DNA of 57,497 bases, filler included, from Sphacelaria rigidula (lineage: Eukaryota): assembly GCA_964200075.2 (NCBI GenBank). It is 6 parts of 6 records of this genome, joined end to end, with 100 filler letters (N's around TTAATTAATTAA, not from the genome) between each part and the next. Parts side by side here need not be neighbours in the genome. Positions count along the whole stretch, not along the records: positions 19,202 to 28,700 come from CAXNAA020008347.1; positions 28,801 to 38,299 come from CAXNAA020008348.1; 4 more parts are not named here. One strand, written 5' to 3'. The notes beneath the pieces are model-generated. The model did not search any database, was not told the origin of the DNA, and saw only the letters and a program-made list of their open reading frames with translations. Below, one piece after another: positions 23,201 to 34,200 of the stretch (positions are counted from its first letter, which is position 1; each line of letters starts with the position of its first letter). A program made the translations under genes and the position numbers.

Positions 23201-26200
23201 CCGAATACCCGAAGGTACACGCGTTTCTGGCTTCCAAGTACACTGGAGGATCACGGTGACGGGCTGTTACCTCCAAGCTTGCCCACGTAACGCAGCTGAG
23301 CTGTACTCTGGGGAATGACGACGCCGTCCACCTCCAGGATGGGCAGTTGGTTGTACGGCAGAGCTGTTTTTTTTTTGTGATCGATATTAAGGTTGCGGGA
23401 CGCAGGGCAAAATAGTGACACACACGAAACGAGACGTCAAAATAACAGCAGCGCACGACGTAGTATCGAGTAGGAGAAACAACGTCAGATGCAATAGCTC
23501 AGAACTAACCGGGGAAAAAAGAAAATCACCACCATGTTCACATCCTTTCATGGCGATGGTGAGAACATTTCATTAACAATCAGGTTGTACTGACCAATCA
23601 ATGTATCTTTCCTCCCCATTTCGGGAGAGTCAGACCCTATTACTGTACGGATCCCCCTCAGACACGACAAAAATAGTTGTTATTGGATTCGCAGTTGCCG
23701 AGAGCTGAGTAGACATTCGCGGCCACCAGGACGACCAAAAGCAACAGCTACGCTGATCGATGTCAACTACGTAGTATTGATAGTATAGAGAGAAATCGGC
23801 GCGGGAAAAAAACTGCCGAGCGACGAACGTACGGTATCTATCACTGACGCATAACTGCCCATCAACTGGCTCTAAGAGGTATATCGCTTCAATCGGTGAC
23901 GCGAACTGTTTTTCTAAACGTTAAACGTTTTTTTTTGCTTTTTCGCGGTAATCGTTGCCGCGGTCCCGAGAAATCAAGGGAGTTGCTATATTTGCCTCGT
24001 ACTTTTCCCCGTCGGATTGGGATAAAAATGTTTCGCTTGGGATGGGAATGGCAATTCCAGCTTATCGAGGTAACATCAAGATATTTCCGTGGGGGGAGTG
24101 ATAAATATATGTATATGTATATATATTATACTCTTCCCCTTGTCACACAGATAAAACCATTTTCCACCCAACAACCATTCCCGTTCCATCCTCAAACAAA
24201 CATCAAACCGGATTCTCGAAAATTAATTAATTAATTATCTTCATTATTAGCGCCCCATCGTCTCGAAAATAAAAAGCCACAAAACAAATAAAAACGGAGT
24301 ACAGTTGGGCTTCCCCCCCCCCCCCCCCCCCCCCCCCCCTGGTCAATGGTCAAATGACTAAGGCAAGCAACAAATGAGTACGCCCCCCTGGGATCAAAGT
24401 TAGCCCCAACCCCCTAAAGCAACGAAAAACCCATCCCATTTCCCATCCATTTTAGTATACATGATTTTCCAGTAAGAGTGAAAAAAATTACTGTGATACT
24501 GTACTGCTGCTGTAAAAATACCGCCGTAAAAGTATCCCAAGAAGTCACTTGGAATTTAGTGTTAGGTTGGGTCGGCACTCATGAATTTTAGTGTTGGTTT
24601 GGTCGGCACTTCTCACCCATTATTGTTGTCAAACGGTAAAAGCTGGAGCTACCCGGAGCTACCCCACGATCCACTCCCAAGACACCTGTTTGAGACTGTA
24701 CTGTATGCCCTCCAAATACTTAAACCTTTTGGAACTCACAATGGAAAATTGATAATTTGCAATTGACGGTTTTTGAGCAAGATATGGTTGATTGCTCACA
24801 GCTCAGACGCGAGAATATTTGCCCACTGCGTATTTTTCAGACCCATGCAGGTGACAAGTGGAACAAAAAAAGAAGGTTTCTCCTATTTAACGATGTGCCG
24901 TACCAGACACGGGAACCCATTAATGTTTTTTCAATGGAATGTTTTATATTGTTTTGCTAATTATTGTCGATGGATACAATTGGACACACTCCATCCGTTG
25001 CGTGGTATGATTGGACGGACCTCACCCGACCTCTGCAGGGAGGACAAACTTTCTGCACCCGCCGCGTGGGCTACTGGATTCGAGATCTTCTTCGTTTTTC
25101 CATTTTGACAATGATTGCCGTCGGCCTTTCCTGTTTCCATATTTTCCTCTTTGTCAAAGCTTTTGATAATAAGGCGTTCGACCCGGGGACAGGAGGAGAG
25201 GGTTCCAAAAGGGTTAATACCGTTTTCGCAAGACTCCCACCATCAGCACGAAATCCGTTTCAATTGCCCGTGTTTCGCCAAAATTAAAAACCAAAGTATT
25301 TGCACTGGTGGATGCCCGCGTAAGGTCAGCACACGAAAATAATTATTGCACTTTCGATCAGTAGCTTTGCCTTCGGGATTTTTTACCGCGGCTGGACCAT
25401 CCGCAGTGAAACTTGGCGCACTAGTCTGACACAACACCTGCAGGCAGCATGTGAAACAATCGGCGGCACGTTCAGGCCGTGCACAAAACGAACAAAACGA
25501 TCAGCGAATTCGGGCAATACCGCCCTCGAAACGGCTTTCCCGCAGACCAGACTGTGTGCACCGTGAGTGCATGCACACCTGGAGACGCCGGTGCACCATA
25601 CCTTCCACGTCATGAACAGCTAGGCGGCTGCTGCGCCGGCAAACAACATCGATCTGTACTGGGAAACCCTGTGGAAAATGATCTGCACAGAACTCCTTTA
25701 CATTACTCGTGGTCCTTCAGTTCGAGAGGCACCGTCGTACACGCGCCGCCAGGGCTTCAACGCACTGAAACTTCGGGCCATATATCATGTCACGCAAAGT
25801 TTTCAAGTCTATTTTGTTGAATCATGGGTTGCGTATTGCAGGAGTCTCAACGATATTAACCCTTAGACCGCGAGGATAGTCTTCCGTTGAATCGGCATCG
25901 ATTTCAAGTGAAAAAAAAAGTATGCATGGTCAGGAAGACTAACCTCGCGGTCTAAGGGTTAAAAGGAGATCAGATTTTGTTACAAAACGTTCACCGTTGA
26001 TTTCTGTTCGAGGACAAAGCACCATGCATGAGGCAATCTAACACGGGATTGCAAAAAATTAACGTAAGACAACTAAGGCGGGACTTGACAAACTGCGGAC
26101 GGATTCGTTTTTGAAGATAGGCGAGGCAGTAGACTTGTAACCGGCGTTGTGCTACAAACGTTCATGGTTGACAGTATTTGATTTGGGTGTGTACGACGAG

Positions 26201-27108
26201 AATCGAATCTTTAGTAGGGCTGACAGTCCCGTGTGCTCCTGGCGTGCGCATAACGCGTTTTCGTTGAAATTAGTGTGCCACAGGGGCCGATTTGGTCCAC
26301 CAGGGCTGAGAGTCCCGTGTGCTCCCGGCGTGCGCAGAACGCGTTTTCGTTGAAATCAGTGCCACAGGGGCCGATTTAGGGTCTACCAAGGCCGCACTTT
26401 GTCGAAGGAATGCTTTGTACCGCCCTTGCCCGAGGGTTCTCGGAACTAGCCTCGAGCGAGGCCACAAATCACGGCCGGGAAGTGCATTTGCCTTTACTTT
26501 CTGAGAATATTTCGACGATGTGTTCCCGAGTTTCATTCTAAAAAAAAAAAAACTCAAGTTGTACAATCCGATCCCGCGTTGGCTGCAGATTCATCTTTCA
26601 ACTGGATCCTGTAGAACAGTTGAAGGTTACTTCTCCAAGACAGTGCGTGTACTGTCTATGCAGACTCAATCCGGGCTACTGCACTGTTGCACGTACTGTA
26701 GGTGAATGGGGGCTGGCGTATGGAAACATACATTCGTTCGCGATCCGACTGATACCGCTGACCAAAAGCCCGATCCAGCACACAAGATAAGACGCAGTTA
26801 CCAAATGGATCCTGTGGTGACTGCTTGCCGAATGAAATTCTGTGCGCTACATGACAACAGTTATAATAGTTCGTCGTCCACATGCCCGCACAGCCGACGA
26901 GACGACTGAAGCTTTCTCAGCAGACAGAGGTTCTGAATATTCAAATAAAGAGTGAAACGTGAATGAACTTACTCGGCTTCACTGCCCCAAACTCTTCCTT
27001 GGTGATGCGCTTGTCCTCCCACTCAAGACCAGACAGCGCAAGTGCCCATCGGATCTGCTCCGCTACCGCGGGGAAAGGGAAGTAGGTGAGAGTCAACTTG
27101 GGCGCCAT
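20283..27108 (-). CDS. GST: Glutathione S-transferase, sigma-like, 207 aa; exons 26973-27108, 23271-23363, 22279-22391, 20997-21101, 20283-20459
   Basis: All introns are GT..AG and the exons total 624 nt in frame: MAPKLTLTYFPFPAVAEQIRWALALSGLEWEDKRI...LPYNQLPILEVDG..IPQSTAQLRYVGKL.DLYP...YFAGNKLSIGDI...GVLDGIP...YPLL. Catalytic Tyr, QLP cis-Pro, QS and SxxD motifs are present. Confidence 0.96.
21541..21891 (+). mobile_element. tRNA-derived SINE, family A, full length, in GST intron 3
   Basis: A box GGTGGCTCAGTTGG, B box GTTCGAATC, a body shared with four other copies, and a short (CA)n tail. Confidence 0.9.
25860..25958. mobile_element. 99-bp piggyBac-type MITE with TTAA target-site duplication
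   Basis: ttaa|cccttagaccgcgagg...cctcgcggtctaaggg|ttaa. Perfect 16-bp TIR, extendable to about 26 bp with one mismatch. Confidence 0.92.
26150..26450. mobile_element. MITE-family copy (inverted relative to 55981-56277) with an internal ~85-bp tandem duplication
   Basis: agggctga.agtcccgtgtgctcc.ggcgtgcgca.aacgcgttttcgttgaaat occurs twice (about 26216 and 26301). It matches the reverse complement of 56070-56210. Confidence 0.8.
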
Positions 27109-27524
27109 GATGTTTTGCGTCGTCCCTGTGTCTGTTGCGGTCGTGATGTTGCTGCTGCTGTCGCTGCTTTCTGGCTCGTTCAGTAGGGCAGATGACTGGG
27201 ACAGTGGCGAGGAGTAGTAGCCGGTTTCGATGACGATACTTCTTTGAATGAAGTGTGTAATGGGGTGTGTGTACCGTAGTGGTAGCGCTGCGGTCGGTAT
27301 CGGGCGGAGTTTCCGCTGTTTCTTGCGGCGGATTTACATGGGATGTTGTTTTTCGGAACGCCGGTGCTCCAAATACATACCATTACTATTTATATTATAG
27401 CCACCGCTCCTGGCGTTTGGTGTAACAAACCGGGAAGATATGGCCACCGATGTGCCGACGACTAGCCCCTGGCACCAAATCGTCGAATAGGGTCCTTCTT
27501 CTCACATGTCAGATGCATCTCAGC

Positions 27525-27875
27525 CGATCGCCACGGTGGCTCAGTTAGTAACCTCGAAACCTTCTGGCGGTTGAGTAGTGGGGTTCAACTCCCGTAGCTA
27601 TCTGGGATTTTTTCCGACACCGCATGCCCAACAGTGGAGAGCGACTATGTCGTGGGTACACGAAAATTCGACTCAACGGTCGACGAGGGAAAGGGAATTA
27701 ATGCTGAACCCCTCTCGCGATGAAAAATAAAGGCAAGCACCCCAGAAGGAAGGTGGGGTACTAAAAAAAAAAAAGAGAAAAAGCTTCTACGTTGACCTTC
27801 CTCCTGTGTGACCCCGGCTGATGCACATACTGAAAGGTGTAGGCTGGCGCCTAGAATAAATGGGCGACAACACAC

Positions 27876-27947
<72 letters not shown>

Positions 27948-27955
27948 CACACATA
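27525..27955 (+). mobile_element. tRNA-derived SINE, family A, with long (CA)n tail, ~420 bp upstream of the GST start
   Basis: A and B boxes, conserved body, (CA)n at 27869-27955, and a possible catct(ca) direct repeat at the flanks. Confidence 0.9.
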
Positions 27956-27959
27956 CATC

Positions 27960-28044
27960 TCAAACTCGAGGTTCCCGCAGGTTCCCGGTATATTCATATT
28001 TGACTGTAAATTACTCTGAAATATACCAGGAACCTCGAGTTTGA
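27960..28044. mobile_element. 85-bp mini inverted-repeat element
   Basis: Perfect 16-bp inverted termini tcaaactcgaggttcc / ggaacctcgagtttga. Confidence 0.65.
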
Positions 28045-28489
28045 TATTTATCAAGGGGATTCCCGCCCTTTTCAAAACCTCTTTTGGCAGGGCATTGGCG
28101 CTATAACGACCAGTTCTGAGTCCTATCGTGAATCGTGAAGCAATTTTGGACAGATCGAACCTTCGATCTGCACGCCGGGTCAGAAATGCGGCGGGTCTGG
28201 AAGTGGCCGTTAGTCTAAGGTCTCTCTGTCATCTGTAATGCCACAGATAGGACGCAACAAGGCGTCACGACACTTACACACCCAGCCCCGAAAAAACTCG
28301 CACAGACACCCGCCATTCGCGCGCATTAGTTTCACCGCTACAGTAGCCCTTGCTAGTCTACATACGGCAGTCTTAATTTGTTTGACCGAAATCCGTTCTG
28401 TATTGGACGAATGGCGGCGGCGTGCGTGTCAACAACAACCGAAAACGCATCGTTGCTGACCGTTTGTAAGCGTGTACAACGATAGTAAT

Positions 28490-28634
28490 GTCGCCACGGT
28501 GGCTCAGTTAGTAACCTCGAAACCTTCTGACGATTACGAGTAGGTCGTGGGTTCGAATCTCGGAGCGATCTGTTTTTTTTTCTCACACGATGCCCAATAG
28601 TGGAGAGCGACGATGTTGTGGGTACACAAAATTC
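28490..28634 (+). mobile_element. tRNA-derived SINE, family A, 3'-truncated
   Basis: gtcgccacggtggctcagttagtaacctcgaa...gggttcgaatct...gtggagagcgac.atgt.gtgggtacacaaaatt. Confidence 0.88.
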
Positions 28635-28802
28635 CACAGGCACCGTAGGTAAGGTACCGTACCGAGCGTACCCCCGGTATTTACCGGGGTATCCCATACC
28701 NNNNNNNNNNNNNNNNNNNNNNNNNNNNNNNNNNNNNNNNNNNNTTAATTAATTAANNNNNNNNNNNNNNNNNNNNNNNNNNNNNNNNNNNNNNNNNNNN
28801 CA

Positions 28803-30790
28803 ATGAGTGGCGTGTTTTACAGCGTCATCGTCAACCGACGCCAACGCCATAGGGGGTCTGCCTTTACAAAGCCGGGACGGGGTACATCAGGTTGTCGCCG
28901 GACCAGGCTACTAGGGGGGGGGGGCGGAGGGAGGGGGGGGTACTCATTTGTTGCTCGCCTTTGTCGTTTGATCACTGACCACGCAACCCTTTCGACACGG
29001 AGCGCCGTTCCTACTCCTGATAGAGACACCTCAAGCATTTGGGCGCTCATTACGTTTCTTCTATCAAAACCTTTAACATATAATTTACCCGTCCTGTTTC
29101 GCTCTCTGTGACTACCATCTATTTCCTAGTATGACCACCATTTCCTCCCTACTATTCAATAGTGCATGAAACGATTTCATGCCACCTTTGTTCACGCCTC
29201 GCATTTCCCCCATTAGCACGTCCCGTTCCTTCTTGTATAGGTCACATTCTGTCACTTTATGAATTCTGCTCTCCATTACTTTGCCACAGGGGCGATTCTG
29301 TGCATCTTATTCCCCCTTCACTCGAAAACTGGTGTACCTCGTTCTTCTTTCTGGCAGGTCCAGGCCCCCCACCCGAAATCGCAGTTTCAATCTTTTCGCC
29401 GCGTCCATTGGGCCATGCAGATATGTTTTCATCTCTATCCCCTCTCTCAACCCTTCTTGTATCTGTACATGTTCTTCCTCGTCTACTTTCCGTCTTGGCG
29501 TTGCTTTTCTCCTTACATCATGCTTTAGTTTTGTACCCGCCGCATTTACCTATGGACATTATCTCATCTCGGTTCCCTCCTATCTGTTCGCTTCCTGAAC
29601 AAAAGAGAGGCTGTGTGGTCCGTCCCGGCATGTCACGTCAGTGGTCTCCGGAGCTCCCTGCCCTCGCAAGCCTCACTGTTCACCTGTCAACCTTTCCTTC
29701 CATAATCGATCGCGTCGGGACTCGAACCGCATATATTTTGTTCAAGGAGCGAGCAGTTTACCCATTAAACCAATGAGCGCTGACTGGTTTGATGAGTAAA
29801 CTGTTCGCTTCCCGAACAATATCTTCTTCCATAGGTTTTCGACTACTCTATCCCATCTTGGTCCAGCCTGCCCTTTCGTCATTTTCTTCCATATAACCAT
29901 ATCAACTACAGCTGGCAATCTCTTTTTTCGCATGTTCTTTACGCTATATTGTCCTTTCAATTCCCTCATGTCTCTGTTTTGAGTGGGTACATTCTCAATT
30001 ATACTCTCAATGCTATGCTTCTCGTCGTTTTCGAGGATCCAAGTATTTTCTTAGCTGCTGTCACCTGTAAATACGGGATTTTACACATTGGGGATTACCT
30101 TTGTTATTGGAGATGAGAACCCGGAGGATAGAAATATTCGTATCCACACCAGATCTTTGAAATGTAGTTCCACTCCTTCACCCACGGGTAGCTATTGACA
30201 ACTATTACACGACATATACATTTGGATCCTGATAACCGCCATGTTTGGGTTCTAGGTGAAAAAACAATTTCGGGAAATGTAGATGATCTGATCAGATCGC
30301 CGAAATTCCTCGAAATTGGTTTTTCACCTAGAACCACAACATTTCACTTATCGAAATCCAAATTCGTGTGGCGTGTAGTTGTTGTCAATAGCTACCAGTA
30401 AGTGAATAAATGGAACCGTATTTTGAAGATGTGGTGTGGATACGAAGATTTCAATTCTCTGGGTTTCTCATCCTCAATAAAGAATCTAACCCCAATATGT
30501 AAAACCCCGTGCTTGTACTCTTTACAACCTCTTCATCAACTCCACGTTTCACTCTTATAGTTCTCCTGCATATTCCAGCTTTGGTATAATCGCGTTCATC
30601 GAAATGCATATCTTAACCCCCGTACCTACGTACGAGTCTCTGAGGATCACGTTCATCCTGCTCACATGTGTCTTACCCTTTTTTATTACTTCATTGATGT
30701 GTGCATCCCAAGAACAGTTTTTTAATATCTCTACGTCAAGGTATGTATACTGGTCTACGATCGGCAGCTCCTCTGCTTCCCACTTTACAA
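28803..30790 (-). mobile_element. 5'-truncated, decayed LINE (ORF2 C-terminus plus 3' UTR), interrupted by insertions
   Basis: Minus-strand peptides ELPIVDQYTYLDVEILKNCSWDAH, IPKLEYAGE, KRLPAVVDMVIWKK..RWDRVVENLWKK, KTYLHGPMDAAKRLKLRFRVG.LDLPERR and GAPCRKGCVV..TKASNK*. The 3' UTR is also present at 38404-38490. Confidence 0.85.
30066..30517. mobile_element. Foldback MITE (~450-bp imperfect palindrome) inserted in the LINE; partial copies at ~37485-37685 and 38265-38299
   Basis: Arms pair along their length (acgggattttacacattggg / cccaatatgtaaaaccccgt; gtagctattgacaacta / ttgtcaatagctac) around the centre gatctgatcagatc at about 30292. Confidence 0.9.
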
Positions 30791-31039
30791 GAGGAGGTCT
30801 TCGAGCACAACAAGCCCTCTACAACCAGAACAGCCCTGGGTGTCTACAGGTGGATGTGCCCCCAGTCATCCATACTCCTCTTCAACATGCACAATGACCT
30901 GCAGAGATCAGGATCTTCATGTGCACTCATTCAAGGGCAGGTGGGGCCGGTAGAGTTTACCACTTCGCAGCGGTTTGTTTTTCCGACTTGGTTGTATTGT
31001 GAACACTCGAAATCCGGATCTTTGATGGGGGCTGCGCTC

Positions 31040-31298
31040 CTGGCGCGCTCCTAGCGTGCGCAGAACGTGTCTTTGTCTAAATCGGCGCCTCCGGCGGGGA
31101 TTTGAGGTCTGGCAACGCACACTTTGCCAAGGGAACACTCTGCACCCTTTTTGCCCGAGAATTCTCGGTATACCTTTGTTGGGGTGAGGATTAGGGCTGA
31201 GGTTAGGGTTTGATTTCTTCGATCAACTTTCCGAAAACGCTTTCGTGCTCCCATCCGTACCAAGCGGTAAACTAACCTCGACCGGGCAGAGTATACCC
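31040..31298. mobile_element. Repeat copy with degenerate TTAGGG-like tract, homologous to 56840-57030; lies immediately left of the Gypsy insertion
   Basis: cagaacgtg.ct.tgtc.aaatcggcgcct...caacgcacac matches the reverse complement of 56940-57010. Tract gaggattagggctgaggttagggtt. Confidence 0.7.
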
Positions 31299-34200
31299 TG
31301 TAGCCGAATGATATCAAGCCGTAAGGTCTCGGTAATATCTCATGTATGATTGGAGCAGTGGCAGGGGACAGGGGATCCTATCTTCGGAATTCAAGGCGGA
31401 TGTCAGAAGCGTACTCACGTATGTAGACGGCTGGAAAAAGAATCCGACGGTGGTGGTAAACAAGATATTTGATGCCGCTAACCACTTGAAGTTCATTGAG
31501 GCGCATGGCCGGCGCGATTTCTGCGGCGAGTGCAGGTGGTGCGCGCCGCAAACAACAGCAACAGAAACAGCAGCCGTATTCGCGAGCGTCGTCCACTCGC
31601 GCATGTTACAACTACGGCGACACCGGACACCTGATTAAGGATTGCCCCAAGCCTTGCGCTCAAGGTGCTGCTCAAGGAAATGCGCGAGATTCACCAGGAT
31701 CTCGCGGCGGTCGCCCGGTGGACGGGGCCGTGCCAACCATGGACGCGGCCGCGGCGGCCGCGGAAGCAAGCAATCGGCGGCGGAAGGTAGTTCCTCCGCT
31801 ACTGTTTCTTCGACTTCATCGTCAGTTGGTGACGCTGGATCTTCTGGTTCGTCCGTGTCGGGGCGGGCAGTGTACGCGGGAGGTGCAAATACTTCGGTGG
31901 GGAGTGCTGGAGCGAATAGTTTGCAACCCCTCAGCCAGGCAGGATCCGTGTCTGGTGTATCTCCTACTGCTGCGACGGCTGTAACAGCGCCGTCTGCACA
32001 TTCGGCGACGTGGTCTGGGTGGACCGCCGATCATCAGTCATCGATGCCAAGTACTGGAGCGCAGCCCCGGCGTCAAGTGACTCTTGGTACCGACCAGACT
32101 CTTGGTACCGACCACGGTTCTTCGGCAGGTGTGGTGCCTGTCGATCGCAACGCAGAGTGTTCACGCGAAGCTCTTTCCTTGCCTGGTTTCTTAGGTTCGT
32201 TCATGGCCCGCGTTATTCTGGATTCTGGGTCCGCGCTCAAGTCGATCGGTGTGGGGTTGCTGGAACAAATGTCTTCGCAGTTTGGCGGTGCTCAGCTGCA
32301 TCTTTCGTTTGAAAATGGATTGCAAACGACGCAGACCGCCATGGGTACTCGCGTGAAGGTTACTCATAAAACGGTGCCGATTGCTGCTAGCGTGCGTACG
32401 CCGTGGGGGGTGGTGGAGTTGAAGCCCATTACTTTCGTTGTCATGCCCGGTAGGGATAACGTGGTTCTGTTTGGGATAGCGACGATGAAGGATTTTGGAA
32501 TCGATTTGTATTCGCTGGCGTTGGATAAGTCACGCCCGCGTGCTGTGCCAGTGCAAAACGGCGTGGAAAATCTCAGCTACCATGCTGCGAGGCGTGTCAC
32601 AGTAACCATACGGTCGTTCTAGAGAGCAAATGAGGGGGAGGCTCTTCCGGATGCGGTGGCGGAGCGCTTGGGCGATCGGGGACCCGAAACCTTCATGGAT
32701 CCTGCGGAGGAGAGAGGTGCGAGAGAACGTGCGCTAGAGGACAGCGTGCAGCAGACCGAGCAGAAGGGCCTGAACGCCGATGGCGCACATCGTCTGCGTG
32801 ATAGTTTGGCTCGTCGCGTGGATACCTTCCGTCGTGCGCTGCGTGGTGACTCGCCAGTGCGCGTCGAGTCAACGAGGGTGCAGCTCAAGCCACAGGCGAA
32901 GGCTGTGAAGGCCAAGCCTCGCCGTTACGATCCGGTGAAGACCGGGTGGCTTGTTTCATGCATCGCCACTTTAGTGGCGTTTGATTTGTTGGTGAGGAAC
33001 ATTCAGGCTGTGTGGGCGAGTCCGGCTATTGCGGTGCCGAAGCAGGACACATTCTGTTTGGTCAGCGACTACCAGGCGGTGAACGCGCAGATGGAATAGT
33101 CTCCGGGGTGATGCCAAGCCAAGAAGACATGCGGGAGTTGCTGGGAGTCCAATGCTGACAAGCTGCATCTGCTCCAGGGGTATTGGCAGATGCCTCTTGC
33201 GCCGAAGGCTCAGGATATCTTCACGATCGTCACGCCTGACGGTTTGTTTACGCCTACTCGTGTCCTGCAGGGCGTGTTGAACGCCACGGCGTATCTCCAA
33301 GGTGTGCTGCCTGACATTTTGCGAGGTCTAAACTGTAAAGTGTGGAATGATGACGTTTTCTCTTCTGCTAAAACCGAAGAAGTATTGCTAGCTTTGCTTG
33401 ACGAAATTCTTGGCCGTCTGAGGAGTGTTGGTCTGTTCGTCGCTGCGCATAAGTGCACCTCTTTTGCCAGAGAAGTGGTAAGGTGTGGTAAGGTGAGGTA
33501 AGGTGTACTCCAAGGGTACTGGTTTGCATGATCCCGTCCGCATCCAAGGTTTAAGCAAAATGCGACGTCCTCAAACCGCTAGTGAGCTGATGGGTTTATG
33601 CAGGCGGTAAATTGGTTGCGAACTTCGCTCCCGGGGATGGGGGAAGTAGTGGCGCCGCTTCGTGTGTTTTTGGAACAACTTATGGTCGGGGCTTTGCGTC
33701 GGACCAAGCGGGTGGCACGTAATCGTATCATTCCGGAGGACGCTTGGACGGAGGATCGTGTGCGGGCATGACGTGCTGCGAAAGATTTGGTGGCGCACGC
33801 GGTGCTGCTTTGCTATCCTCGTCCATGGTGCGTTGTTCTGATGTTTCCAGATGCTTCGGATTTCCACTGGGGTAATTTTTTTAACGCAAGTGCCTGTCGC
33901 CGAGTTTAGAAGGGGCATTGCGCTCGAAAACATGTCACACGAACCGTTGGCTTTTCTGGGTGGTAGCTTCAAGGGTTCACAGTTGCGGGGGGCGACAGTG
34001 GACAAAGAAGGTTTCGCGACAGCCAATACATTTCGAAGGCTAGAGTACTTGCTTTGGGGTGGTGTGCGCATTTTCACCGATCATTGCAATCTGAATTACA
34101 TGTTTAATCCCGAAGACTGTGCCACATCGGGGACGAAGGCCATGGCACAACGGCTTGAAAATTGGCAAGGAGTGCTCGGCCAATATCGGTATGCCATTGA

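Noticed and set aside
28238-28459. cag|IGRN as a candidate upstream GPD exon
   Set aside because: The following residues show no GPD similarity, so it is likely chance.
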